DNA of 64,000 nucleotides from the NCBI RefSeq assembly GCF_001194135.2, contig NC_069001.1, forward strand, positions 35,055,057 to 35,119,056, read 5' to 3'. Every line of letters starts with the position of its first letter. Positions within the stretch are counted from its first letter, which is position 1. Origin of the DNA: Octopus bimaculoides (Eukaryota). The translations under genes were made by a program, and so were the position numbers. The notes under the pieces are model-generated. The model did not search any database, was not told the DNA's origin, and worked only from the letters and a program-made list of their open reading frames with translations. Shown piece after piece: positions 13,085 to 25,899 of the stretch.

Positions 13085-13759
13085 TATGTATGTATATATA
13101 GATATATATGTGTGTATATGTACGTATGAATATGTGTGTGTATATATGTATGTATGTATGTATGGCTTTCTATTTATATATACACACACATACATAAGTT
13201 GTTGTTGTGTGCAAGTACTATACTGTCAAAGTTCCAATCATGTGAAGTATCTATCCTGCAGTTTTCATTAACCGGAATAGTTTAAGAAGAAATGACTAAT
13301 AGTTTACAGGTTAGTCACAAGAAGAAAGCGAAAAAAAAATACTGTAAGGAAACATGAAAATAAATCTTCAGGAAAAAAATAAAGTACAATAATAATGAAA
13401 GAAATGAAGAGCAAATGGCAAACGAAGAACTGTCTTGGTTTAATGAAATCATGTGAGCAATCATTGCCACAGAACCGACACCGACACCGTCATTGTCACC
13501 TCCACTCCTCCACTGAGAAATATAAATAAAACTTTATGTGGGACACACACACACATGCACACTCACGCACACACACACACACATGCACACACACACACAA
13601 TACATACATACACATGCACAGGTGTTGCTTTATTTCATATTTTTAATAGACGCATGTGCATCTATATATGTGTGGGTATGTGCTTGTGTTTCTTCCTTCA
13701 ATGCTTTTAATGAATGTGTCTACAAACACACACACACACATGCATACATATATATTATA

Positions 13760-14096
13760 TAGGCCTAGGAGTGGCTGTGTGGTAAGTAGCTTGCTTCCCG
13801 ACCACATGGTTCTGGGTTCAGTCCCACTGTGTGGCATCTTGGGCAAGTGTCTTCTACTATAGCCTCAGGCCGACCATAGCCTTGTGAGTCGATTTGGTAG
13901 ACGGAAACTGAAAGAAGCCTGTCGTATATATGTATATATATATATGTGTGTGTGTGTATGTGTTTGTATGTCTGTGTTTGTCCCTCCAACATCGCTTGAC
14001 AACCGATGCTGGTGTGTTTATGTCCCCGTAACTTAGCGGTTCGGCAAAAGAGGCCGATAGAATAAGTACTAGGCTTACAAAGAATAAGTCCTGGGG
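13760..14096 (+). mobile_element. SINE family A, well preserved, ends at gap
   Basis: TAGGAGTGGCTGTGTGGTAAG head, GGGTTCAGTCCC B-box, full body. Confidence 0.92.
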
Positions 14097-14293
14097 NNNN
14101 NNNNNNNNNNNNNNNNNNNNNNNNNNNNNNNNNNNNNNNNNNNNNNNNNNNNNNNNNNNNNNNNNNNNNNNNNNNNNNNNNNNNNNNNNNNNNNNNNNNN
14201 NNNNNNNNNNNNNNNNNNNNNNNNNNNNNNNNNNNNNNNNNNNNNNNNNNNNNNNNNNNNNNNNNNNNNNNNNNNNNNNNNNNNNNNNNNATA

Positions 14294-14326
<33 letters not shown>

Positions 14327-14464
14327 GGTGTTCACATCATAGGAAGTTAGAAACTTTGAGGTATGAAATAGGTAGAAGGCTAGCCTTCAGTTTTTTTTCC
14401 ACCCAAGTGTGTTTTTTTTTTAAACTTCATATTAAACCCAGTATTTAGATTGCACCATGGAAGA

Positions 14465-14590
14465 TGTTTGTAAGCCATTCAAGAACATACAAAGACTGTT
14501 AGTTTCACTTCAACATTTAAATCTTATTTGAGTCAAAATATTTTCGTCGCTTTGAAACTGCAACCTGTTCGGTGACAAAAACTTCATATT
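14465..14590 (-). mobile_element. Possible Penelope-like element terminal remnant with a degenerate hammerhead fold
   Basis: Minus strand GTCA-CCGAACA-G-GTTGC-agtttcaaa-GCGAC-GAAA-ATAT-T-T-TGAC has minimal type I hammerhead topology. Confidence 0.4.
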
Positions 14591-14769
14591 TTGTATTACT
14601 TGAAACATGATCTACTTTGAGTTACACTGTTAAAACATGATTTCTCAACAGACAGACAGACATAGATCGATAGATAGATAGTAGGACATATATTATGCTC
14701 ATTATATATATATTTACTCTCTCTCTCTCTCTCATTGCATAACCATGTACCACCTCTACAGCTAGACAC

Positions 14770-15250
14770 CTGTTTCTGCTTCTCCATTTCTCTGTTATAG
14801 TCTAACCTTTCTTCATTTGATACTGGATCACCTCCTCTAATGCTCCTTTTGTTATGGCAAGAGACCCGCTTCTGTCTCTTTGTCACACCCTAACCTTTCA
14901 TCCCCTGACACAAGTTCCCCCCCTCAAATTCCCTTGCCCCTCTCATAATTCCTTTTCTTGTGAGTTATTTGTTTGCCTTGCCAGTGCTGGTGCCACGTTA
15001 AAAGCATCCAGTCCACACTGTAATGTGGTTGGCGTCTGGAAAGGCATCCAGGTGTAAAAATAAGGCCCAAACTAACTTAGCCTGTGCTAGTGCCATGTAA
15101 AAAGCACTGAGTCTACTCTGCATCCAGCCGCTAAATCCCTACCAAAACAGATACAGCAGCCTAGGGTAGATTTTCTACCTGGTCAGCTCCTGTCATCCGT
15201 CCTACCCATGCATGCATGGAAGATGGACATTAAATTATGTTGATGATGAT
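14770..15250 (+). mobile_element. Family C variant (RTE-type 3' end with a different 5' part)
   Basis: GTGCTGGTGCCACGTTAAAAGCA...GTGGTTGGCGTCTGGAAAGGCATCCAG...CATGGAAGATGGACATTAAA followed by (TGA)n. Confidence 0.7.
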
Positions 15251-18200
15251 ATATATAGGTTGGTTGACTGGAAGATAAACAGCTGGAAATATACATGTGT
15301 GCATGTGTGTGTATATATATATGTATATAGATAGATAGATAGATGAACATATATATATATATATATATATATGTATACACACACACACATATATCCATAT
15401 ATATATATTTAAGTCACAATATATGCATTCAGCTTATCTGCTGGTACTCATAAAAAAAGGAGCTCTTTAATGTATCAGTCTACAAAACATATTCCTCTCG
15501 TCATATGTATGTATATATATGTATGTATGTATGTACGTATGTATGTACGTATGTATATATGTATGTAATATATGTATATATATATATATAATGTGTATTC
15601 ATACAGATAGATAGACAGATAGGAATAACAGAAATATAGAGACAGATTGATACTTAGATAGATAGAATGATTGATTGATAGATAGGTGAAGAGATGAAAA
15701 AAAAATCAACACAGCACGAGATACAGCTTTAAATTACAAGAGCAGTAATGCCAATAGAAAATCAAATATTTTGCTCCATATTGTCAGCAGAGTTTATAAT
15801 TTATTCCTATTTAGCCAAAAAAAACAACTGTGACAACAACAAGAGCAAATGAGGAAAAAACAATGCAAAAAAATAAACGAATAATAAAAGGAAACATCTA
15901 ACAAACGTTTCACTTTGAAAAAAAATTAATTTCATATTTTGGGGGTTAATGTAGTTAGGATTATCAAGGTTGTCTTTTGAGGTGGAATTTGAGAAGCTCA
16001 TAACACATCTTTGAGAGATTTATATGGGAAGGTGTAGGCTTATACACACACACACAGATACATTGCATTATATTTATTACCACTGTATAGTATTGTGTGT
16101 TTATGATATATATATATATANNNNNNNNNNNNNNNNNNNNNNNNNNNNNNNNNNNNNNNNNNNNNNNNNNNNNNNNNNNNNNNNNNNNNNNNNNNNNNNN
16201 NNNNNNNNNNNNNNNNNNNNNNNNNNNNNNNNNNNNNNNNNNNNNNNNNNNNNNNNNNNNNNNNNNNNNNNNNNNNNNNNNNNNNNNNNNNNNNNNNNNN
16301 NNNNNNNNNNNNNNNNNNNNNNNNNNNNNNNNNNNNNNNNNNNNNNNNNNNNNNNNNNNNNNNNNNNNNNNNNNNNNNNNNNNNNNNNNNNNNNNNNNNN
16401 NNNNNNNNNNNNNNNNNNNNNNNNNNNNNNNNNNNNNNNNNNNNNNNNNNNNNNNNNNNNNNNNNNNNNNNNNNNNNNNNNNNNNNNNNNNNNNNNNNNN
16501 NNNNNNNNNNNNNNNNNNNNNNNNNNNNNNNNNNNNNNNNNNNNNNNNNNNNNNNNNNNNNNNNNNNNNNNNNNNNNNNNNNNNNNNNTATATATATATA
16601 TATATGACACACATACACCCTCCCTTATTTTACATGTTTAAAATATCCTTAAAGTTTTATGGATATTATTGGAGTCTAATTTTTATCACTCTGCCTTTAA
16701 CTGCAAAAATCTGGAAGGATTCTTACCACACACACAAACAGACACACACTCACACACACACATATATATAATCTTTTTTACAATAACTAAACAACAACAG
16801 CAAGCAAATCCACTTCCATACTTATTGTATTTATGTATATAATTCCTCATTGTGTATATTTTATTCATTAGTTTTATTAAACCTTTTTGTTTGCGTTATT
16901 ATTGTTCTTCGGTGTTAGATTTAAAAATGCTTTCATCTTCAGATCTATCTACAAAAATTATCCATCATTTACTCTACACTGCGGTTGTTTTAACATAGGT
17001 GTTGGTGAGGGGAACCACTGTTGGAATTATTTGTTTTTTTTGTGGGGTTTAAGTGTTGGGGGTTGTAAACCCCTGCTATCATACCGTTTAATCAGTTTCC
17101 TAAAAGCCTTTTCTGATACAAAAAAAAAAAAGGAGTAGTATATATTTTGTATTCCCTTTAATAAAATATGCTGGGACTGCCTTCTAAGAAGATTGGAGAT
17201 TTAAATATTTAAAGAATATTTTTTTACGCTCACCAATACATGTATGTGGATATCTATAAGTGTGTGTGTGTATGTGTGTGTGTGTGTGTGTGTATATCAT
17301 ATATAAACATATCGTATATATATTTATATATGATATTTANNNNNNNNNNNNNCATATATATATATACATATATATCATATATATATATATATGTATATGT
17401 ATATGGTATTTATGTATGATATATATGTATACATATATGTGTATATATGGTTGTGTGTGTGTATGTATGTGTGTGTGTATATGTGGGTATTTTCATATCT
17501 ATATTTGCATGTGTGTTTGTGTATATGGATCTGAAGCTAAACAATTTATTTGCAATAAATTTAGTTATGATATTTTTAAGATAGGTTTTGAACTTCACTG
17601 TGTTAGGAGAAAGAATGGAGATTTTATTTCCATTTAACTTTTTTCAACTATATAGCAAAACGAGAATGAGGTTTTAACATATAGTGAAAGATGAAAAATT
17701 TAACTTTAAATGATACAAAAAAAAATCAATAACTAAAAAAAAAATGAAGCAAAATGTAGAAGAATGTTTGACTGAAGTACTTGGATTAAAGAATTTTATG
17801 GAAAATATTCACACTTGAAGTGTATGAGAAATATGAAAAACTGTCTTAGTAGAAGAGAGGAAGAATGCACAAATAACAAACTTAAAATGACAGAAATATG
17901 GAGAGAAAGATTTTGAGTTTGTGAAGACCAAAGAAAATTATGGAAGACTAAAAGAGACATATGATTGGATGAAGTCCAAGCAGAGAGAAGGAGAGAAATA
18001 TGGAAATATATTCAGCAAAATATGAAGAAAAATGAAATGAAATGAAATGAAATGGGATGAATTTATTTTGGAAGTTTAGAAAAAAAAATATATTTGAAGT
18101 GTAGGAAAATATGTGTATATAAAATTAAAGAGCGATATTAAAAAGATGAAAAAGAGATGTAGAATTAGACAGATTGAGTTGTGGAGATACGAAGGAAAGT

Positions 18201-18429
18201 ATGGAAAGTATAAATGAGAAATATTTGAAGAGTTTTGAAAGAAATTTAGAAGGAGATGGTTTACACGGAATTATCGAAGTGTGAAGGAAACTATGGAAGT
18301 ATAGATGAAGACAGCACACTAAACTATGGAAAAGCCAAAGACAAACAGAGAAGAACGAAGAAAACTATTACTACTACTACTACTACTACTTTTTCTTCTT
18401 CTTCTACTGTTTAGTGAGGAATGTATAAT

Positions 18430-18862
18430 CTTCTTATTTACCATAGCTAATATTTCACTCGGCTTGCGAAGACCTATTGGGGCAAGCGAAAGCGAAACCA
18501 TCATGGCACCTGTGCCCAGCATCGCCTTCCTGGCACTTGTGCCGGATGGCACCTGTAAAGACATTCGAGCGAGATTGTTGCCAGTGCCGCCGAACTGGCT
18601 CCTGTGCAGGTGGCACGTAAAATACACTATTTTGAGCATGGCCGTCGCCAATACTGCCTGACTGACCTTCATGCTATTGGCACGTAAAAGCACCCACTGC
18701 ACTCTCTGAGTGGTTGGCGTTAGGAAGGGCATCCAGCTGTAGAAACTCTGCCAAATCAGATTGGAGCCTGGTGTAGCCATCTGGTTTCACCAGTCCTCAG
18801 TCAAATCGTCCAACCCATGCTAGCATGGAAAGCGGACGTTAAACGATGATGATGATGATGTA
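18430..18862 (+). mobile_element. Family C: 5'-truncated RTE-type LINE 3' end or RTE-mobilised SINE, young-looking copy
   Basis: Internal GTGCCNNNGGCAC repeats, GTGGTTGGCGTTAGGAAGGGCATCC motif typical of RTE 3' UTRs, (GAT)n tail. Confidence 0.8.
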
Positions 18863-19031
18863 TAGCGATGCCAAATACCTGGTGTCAGAACTCATGATAC
18901 ATACACTTCAGAATGAAGCATCAACTGAGCACAGAACAGTAATAAGTGAGATAACGAAGGGATAAATAATTATCTCATGAACTTCATTAGCTTACATCTG
19001 TTTCTGCTGTAAGATGCAATGCACTCACATC

Positions 19032-19154
19032 GGTGCAGGAGTGGCTGGGTGATAAGTAGTTTGCTTACCAACCACATGGTTTCAGGTTTGGTCCCACTGT
19101 GAGGCACTTTGGGCAATTGTTTTCTACTATAGCCTCAAGCTCAAACAAGTCCAT

Positions 19155-19188
<34 letters not shown>

Positions 19189-19367
19189 CTGATAGGGCAC
19201 AGATAGTGTGTCAGTAGCCAGCTGGAGATGTCTTCCTGGGGCTACAAGCTAGAGTAGCATCGACCCTTAAGGGTTAGCCACATTTAGGTGACAGGTATAC
19301 TTCACGATGTCATGCCACTATTGTTTATACCTCGCTCTGAGATTTATTATATATGTATGTGTGTGTG

Positions 19368-19398
<31 letters not shown>

Positions 19399-19610
19399 TT
19401 GTTTGTGTGTGTGTGTGTTTGTCCTACTATCACTAGGCAACCGATGCTGGTTTGTTTACATCCCCATAAACTAGCGGTTTGGCAAAAGAGACCGATAGAA
19501 TAAGTACTAGGGTTTTAAAGGATAAGTCCTGGATAGATTTGTTCAACTAAAGGTGGCGCTCCAGCATGGCTATAGTCAAATGACTGAAACAAATAAAAGA
19601 ATAAAAGAAT
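19032..19610 (+). mobile_element. SINE family A with an expanded internal spacer
   Basis: Head 19032-19140, tail 19430-19610, with microsatellites and about 170 bp of unrelated sequence between them. Confidence 0.8.
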
Positions 19611-20005
19611 TGGTAANNNNNNNNNNNNNNNNNNNNNNNNNNNNNNNNNNNNNNNNNNNNNNNNNNNNNNNNNNNNNNNNNNNNNNNNNNNNNNNNNNNN
19701 NNNNNNNNNNNNNNNNNNNNNNNNNNNNNNNNNNNNNNNNNNNNNNNNNNNNNNNNNNNNNNNNNNNNNNNNNNNNNNNNNNNNNNNNNNNNNNNNNNNN
19801 NNNNNNNNNNNNNNNNNNNNNNNNNNNNNNNNNNNNNNNNNNNNNNNNNNNNNNNNNNNNNNNNNNNNNNNNNNNNNNNNNNNNNNNNNNNNNNNNNNNN
19901 NNNNNNNNNNNNNNNNNNNNNNNNNNNNNNNNNNNNNNNNNNNNNNNNNNNNNNNNNNNNNNNNNNNNNNNNNNNNNNNNNNNNNNNNNNNNNNNNNNNN
20001 NNNNN

Positions 20006-20336
20006 NGTTTCGGTTCTCAGACCGGGCATTGTGAGTGTTTATTGAGCGAAAACACCTAAAGCTCCACAAGGCTCCGGTAGGGGATGGTGGCGAACCCTGC
20101 TGTACTCTTTCACCACAACTTTCTCTCACTCTTACTTCCTGTTTCTGTTGTGCCTGTAATTCAAAGGGTCAGCCTTGTCACACTGTGTCACGCTGAATAT
20201 CCCCAAGAACTACGTTAAGGGTACACGTGTCTGTGGAGTGCTCAGCCACTTGCATGCTAATTTCACGAGCAGGCTGTTCCGTTGATCGGATCAACTGGAA
20301 CCCTCGACGTTGTAAGCGACGGAGTGCCAACAACAA
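20006..20336 (+). mobile_element. SINE family E (5' end in gap), (AAC)n tail
   Basis: B-box-like GGTTTCGGTTCTC; 3' half shared with 38185-38330; ends GGAGTGCCAACAACAAC. Confidence 0.7.
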
Positions 20337-20409
20337 CATACTCAGATTATTATTTTAGATGCAGTTTTATTTATTTACATTGCTTTGAATTAATTATGAA
20401 TTAATTTCT

Positions 20410-20554
20410 GTCTTCAAGGGTTTGACACAGTGCGAGTTTATTTTTAGAATGACATTGTAGGGTAGTCATGAGGGGACCAGATTTGGCCTGTTCGAATATA
20501 AGGCAGGTAAAATGTTTTGGCTGGATATGGCCGGTTTAAATGCTAAAAGGCTAA
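20410..20554. mobile_element. Terminal part of a second TTAA-type MITE family
   Basis: Ends GGATATGGCCGGTTTAAATGCTAAAAGGCTAA; its reverse complement matches TTAACCCATTACCATTTAAACCAGCCATATTC at 9683. Confidence 0.55.
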
Positions 20555-20639
20555 AACAGAAAGTCTGTTTCATAGATCCAGGGCAGTTACAGGTGGATTG
20601 ACATCAAAAGGTTTAAGGTAGCATGGAAAATAACAAAAT

Positions 20640-20761
20640 CCGAAAGGATTAACGACAGAGTCAACCTTAGCGGAATTTGAACTCAGAGCATAAGGATGGA
20701 TGAAATACCGCTAAACATTTTTGCCTGGCATTCTAACAATTCTGCCAGCTCACCACCTTAC

Positions 20762-20762
<1 letters not shown>
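20640..20762 (-). mobile_element. SINE B 5' half
   Basis: GGAATTTGAACTCAGA...TTCTGCCAGCTCACCACCTTA followed by (AAT)n. Confidence 0.85.
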
Positions 20763-20818
<56 letters not shown>

Positions 20819-21712
20819 GATTATGATGGTGATGATGGTGAAGAATTCCAACTCAGTAAATTTCTGTGTATCCAAATGTGAATGTATCGGAGCGTCACAG
20901 GTGACTCATCTAATATCTGAAGCATGGAAGACAATGTAGAGAAATGACAGCAATAATTCAAGTGATGAGGATGATGATGATGATGATGATGAGGAAGAGG
21001 AGGCTGAATTATGATGATTGTCATAATGGCAATCATGTTGAGTATAGTCATAATGATGAGTAGAAGAGTATGGCAATGTTGATGATAGTGATGNNNNNNN
21101 NNNNNNNNNNNNNNNNNNNNNNNNNNNNNNNNNNNNNNNNNTGACGATGATGGGCATGATGATGATGATATTGACGATGGTGATGACAATGATGATGATG
21201 TTGTTGATGAAGACGCTGATTATAAAGATATTGTTGCTGTTGATGATGGCAGCAATGGGTTTATGGTGATGGTGATGATGATGACAACGGAAAAGAAATA
21301 TCTATCTTTCTCCTAATTGCTTTCTCTTACGGCTTTCTTTTGGAAACAAACAAAAAATTGAAAAGGAATAAAAATAAATAAATAAAGCAATAAACTATGA
21401 AATCATGAAACAAGAAAACAAAATCAATAAAAATATTAAAAAAACAAAAGAAAGAGTAAGAAAATACATCATGGGAAAGTGGTGTGTGTGTGTCTGTGTG
21501 TTTGCGTGTGTTTATGGTGTGTGTGTGGTGTGTAGGGAGCAAGGACAGCTTGCAGTGGAACAGGAGACGATCCATATAAATATGGACTCAAGAATAAAAT
21601 AATAATTAAGTCCATTTGAAATTCTGTTGGGGTCATAAACTATGTGAGTGAGGCAAGGGTGCAGAACGAAGGGCCACTAGCACCCTGTTGTTCTCCAATC
21701 AGTAAATATATG

Positions 21713-21763
<51 letters not shown>

Positions 21764-22386
21764 TTTGGAAAGCTGCTTGCCATTTTTTTTTTCCAATTGC
21801 GGAATAAATGACTTCTCCTTATTTATCTGAAGAAAGATGACGATATATTAAGGGAAGCGTCCCCTTATCTCCCATCATCCGCCACGCTGTGTCAACTAGA
21901 CTATGTAATGGAATAATTCTTGAAGACAGAGAAGAAGAGGAAGAAGAGAATGAAAGGGAGAGAGAGAGAGAAAGGTGAGAAGGAAAGGCAGTGATGCATA
22001 GGAGAATATAAGAGAGGGTTACTTGGAAAGTAGAGAGGAAGGAGAAAAAGATAGATAGATAAACAGAGAGAAAGAAAGAGAGAGAGAGGGAAGAGAGAGA
22101 AGGAGGGAGTGAGAAATGTAGAAATTTGTGAAAGACAAAAGGAAGAAGAATAATATATTCATCATCATCATCATCACCATCATCACCATCCTCCTCCACT
22201 ACTTCTTTCTCCTCCTCCCCCTCCTCTTCATCATCATCATTGTAGTTGTCATTTCCTCAGGAGCGAAGATGAGACACATACATACATACATACACACATA
22301 CACACACACACACATATATATATACATATACACACACACATATATATGTATGTATATATATACATATATATACATATATATGTATG

Positions 22387-22422
<36 letters not shown>

Positions 22423-22573
22423 TCTATATATGTATATATATATATACACACACAGCTTTGCAATCAATGAGTTGCTGCCAATGTTGTGCCTTGTTGTGTT
22501 GATATATTGCTGTCTCTCTTTCTGCGGTCGGAATTGAAACAGCCAGCATCGGTCCAGGCTGTGACTCAGATGG

Positions 22574-22589
22574 TAGCGCCACCTGGATG
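22574..22589 (-). promoter_or_regulatory. Candidate CTCF-binding motif
   Basis: Minus strand CATCCAGGTGGCGCTA matches CCACCAGGTGGCGCTA at 14/16; lies in non-repeat sequence next to TGACTCA (22562-22568). Confidence 0.5.
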
Positions 22590-22692
22590 CCATTTTAAAT
22601 AATTCAGAACTTCTTCGGCAGAAGAGAATATATCTTCCTCATCACATACACATCGCTCTCGCGTGAGTATGTGTGTGTATGTGTGTGTGTGT

Positions 22693-22860
22693 GGCCATGC
22701 TGGGGCGACACCTCGAATGGTCTAGTTGATCAAATTGATCTCAGAATTTGCTCTTTTTAAAGCCTGGTGCTTTTTCTCTTGTCCCTTTCATTCTAACCCC
22801 TAAGTAATAGGAATGTAAACGAACCAACATTGGGTGAAAAGTTGTGAGAGATAAACACAC
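22693..22860 (-). mobile_element. Old partial SINE A-related 3' part
   Basis: GGCCATGCTGGGGCGACACC... and GTAAACGAACCAACATTGG diverged from the A tail. Confidence 0.6.
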
Positions 22861-24074
22861 ACACACACTCATACACACATACACACACACACACTTTCTG
22901 CAGTTCTCTAAGTAAGCATGTCTGGGCTGTTTGTTATTTAGTACTCTTGGAGATTGTTCATCTCACCTGGAATCATAATGGGGTTAGCAACAGGAGGAGC
23001 ATCTGCCCCAACATGCTTTCATTGAATTCCAACAAAGCATGGAAAAGTAAATGGGCTCTTTTTCTTCTTCTTCTTCTTCTTCTTCTTCTTCATCCTCCTC
23101 CTTTTTCTCACTATGTTACTACAATGCAATAAGACCTGTACAGCTTCATGTAATTTATTTCAATCTGTCGAGGGTCAGCCCTAAGAGGTAACAAGAGTGG
23201 CAGTCATCTGACACAATGTGATGTGTTGCTTACAGCCTCCCAGATATTGGTGCTGGCTGTGGCAATGAGAAAACTAACTTTGAGCTAAGTTTCTCTCATC
23301 TAGCCATATGGCTACTCAGCTGACAGCTGGTCACATAAGGGTGTGTGTGTATGAGAGAGGGGGGGGAGAAAGAGAGAGAGAGAGAGGGAGAGAGAGAGAA
23401 AGAGAAAGCAAGAAAATGAGTCAATGATGATAAATGACAGATTTGACCAGAAAAAAAATCCTTGTGTCATCCACAGCAGTGAAATTAAATTTCTTCTAAC
23501 AAGAAACTAAAAGATGATAAAAAACAATCCCCAAAATGAGTGTTTTTATTTTAAATCCATAAGGTGAAAGAAAAATATATCAAATATTTGACAGCATCCA
23601 ATAAATTCTTTGCAAGAATTACGATACTATTTTTTAAAATATTTTTGTGGGTTTCTTGATTATGTTTTGGCACCAATTTTACAGATTACTTACTTTAAAT
23701 TATAAGGTCAAAATGATTATAACCAAAATTAGATTTACCACTTTGGTGGTAGCATATTTATCTTGTGCTTAATTAAACAATTCTGCTAATTTCAAAGTGA
23801 TTATATTTGAATTAAAACCTTTCCATAATTTATTTCATGTAACAAAACAAAACAACCCAAGATATGTTTGCAAAATAGTATTTGAAACACTGGGGTGATA
23901 GTTAAAAACAAAAAAACAAACAAACAAACAAAAAAAACAAAAGATATTTTAATTTAATTAGATCCTTCCAAATTCTTCATTATTTTCAAAATTAATTAAA
24001 ACACATGAATGAATGAATGAATATCCGCGTTATGTTGATTGTCAGGGGCTGCAAATACAACCTCTTAGTTTTTT

Positions 24075-24477
24075 TCTTTTATTCTTTTACTTGTTTCAGT
24101 CATTTGACTGTAGCCATGCTGGAGCATTGCCTTTAGCCGAACAAATTGACCCCAGGACTTTGTAAGTCTAGTACTTCTTTTATCGGTCCCCTTTGCCAAA
24201 GCACTAAGTTACTGCAACGTAAACGCACCAACATCGGTTGTCAAGTTATGTCTATATGTTTTCTTTTTCTAGATAAATAGGGTCAGTTGGCCCTGAGGTC
24301 TCTTCTGATTCGATTTACTACCAGGGTTGCCCTTAGTTATGTTATGGGGATGTAAACAATGCTGGTTGTCAAATGGTGGCGGGGACAAAGACAAAAACAC
24401 ACACACATATATATACATACCAACACCAATTGTCAAACAATGATGAAAAACATACACAACCACACATATATATATGT

Positions 24478-24527
<50 letters not shown>

Positions 24528-25035
24528 GTATATGTATGCAGAGCTCTCAACTGGAAGCACTTGCAAGTGCAAGTTGTTTGCAAAACACACACATACATAC
24601 ATGTACACACATAGTCGTGGCCAAAAGTTTGGATCCTTTCTTTGAGAATTAAAATTGTTATGCCCAAGTACAATTCTAATCAAATATATACAACGTATAT
24701 ATTTGAGCATTTAATACACAAATTCTAATATTCAGGCCCATGTCCCAAACTTTTGACCGAGTAATGATATATTGCAAATTAAATATAACTTTGGACACTT
24801 AATATAAAAGTTCTAATTTTCAGACCTACGTTCCAAATTTTTGGCTACGACTGTATGTGTACGATGGGCTTCATTGTGCTTCTGTCTGATAGGTTCACTC
24901 ACAAGATTTTGGTTTGGCCCGTAGCAGTAGAAGACACTTGTCCAAGGTGCCACACAGGAGATCTGACCTGTTGGGTCAACAGGGACAAAAACCCATAAAC
25001 AGCATATTCTTTTGTAAGTAATAGCAATCATGAGT
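24075..25035 (-). mobile_element. SINE family A interrupted by microsatellite expansion and a Tc1 MITE
   Basis: Tail 24075-24245, repeated mid-part 24340-24440, head/core 24858-25035. Confidence 0.75.
24612..24853. mobile_element. Tc1-type MITE (242 bp)
   Basis: Left end TAGTCGTGGCCAAAAGTTTGGA; right end reverse complement CAGTCGTAGCCAAAAATTTGGA; TA at 24854-24855 (left target site reads CA); CAGTCGTGGCCAAAAGTTT is a classic Tc1 TIR start. Confidence 0.85.
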
Positions 25036-25477
25036 GACCAGGTTTGGTTGGGGAAGAGGGCTGTGAGAAACCTGGCTATATAAGCCCACTAAACATTTTG
25101 TCAGATGCTCTACCGATTCTGCCATTCCCAGAATCTAGAATGAAATATTAACACTAGGAAGTGAACTGTAAACGGAATCATATACACATACAATTTTTTT
25201 GAAGATTTGAAGTGAATTTGTTGGAGAAATACATTTAAAGAAATTATAAAATATCGCAGAAACTTCATTAAGATTTTCAAAGAATGGAAATAAAAGATGA
25301 TTAGAAGAATTGATTTAGGAAAAATATAGATTGGTTAGATTGAAGAGAATGGTAAATTATAAGAATTAACAGAGGAAGAAGTTTGCAGATTAAATAAGAA
25401 TTTGTATTGGTTTAAGTGGAAATAGAAGTAGTGGAGAGAGAGAAAAACTGCTGGAATGGTCATAAAAAGAGAGGAAA

Positions 25478-25557
<80 letters not shown>

Positions 25558-25817
25558 TATCTATCTTTTTCTTTCTTTTTCATTTTCTCTTTCAATACAT
25601 GCATACATACATTCATACCTACATACATACATACAAGTTAAATTTGTAAAATAAAAATATAAGAAATCCAAGTAGATGCAAGTGAAATGATATATATATA
25701 TCTATACATATGTATGTATGTATCTATATGTGTACATGTATGTATAATATATGCATATGTTTATACATATATGTATGCATATGTGTGTGTATATATAAAT
25801 ATATATATGTATGTATG

Positions 25818-25899
<82 letters not shown>

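Noticed and set aside
17640-18360. Purine-rich stretches (also 25150-25480 and 26000-26400) as decayed coding sequence
   Set aside because: Stops in all frames and no motif; best explained as compositional bias.
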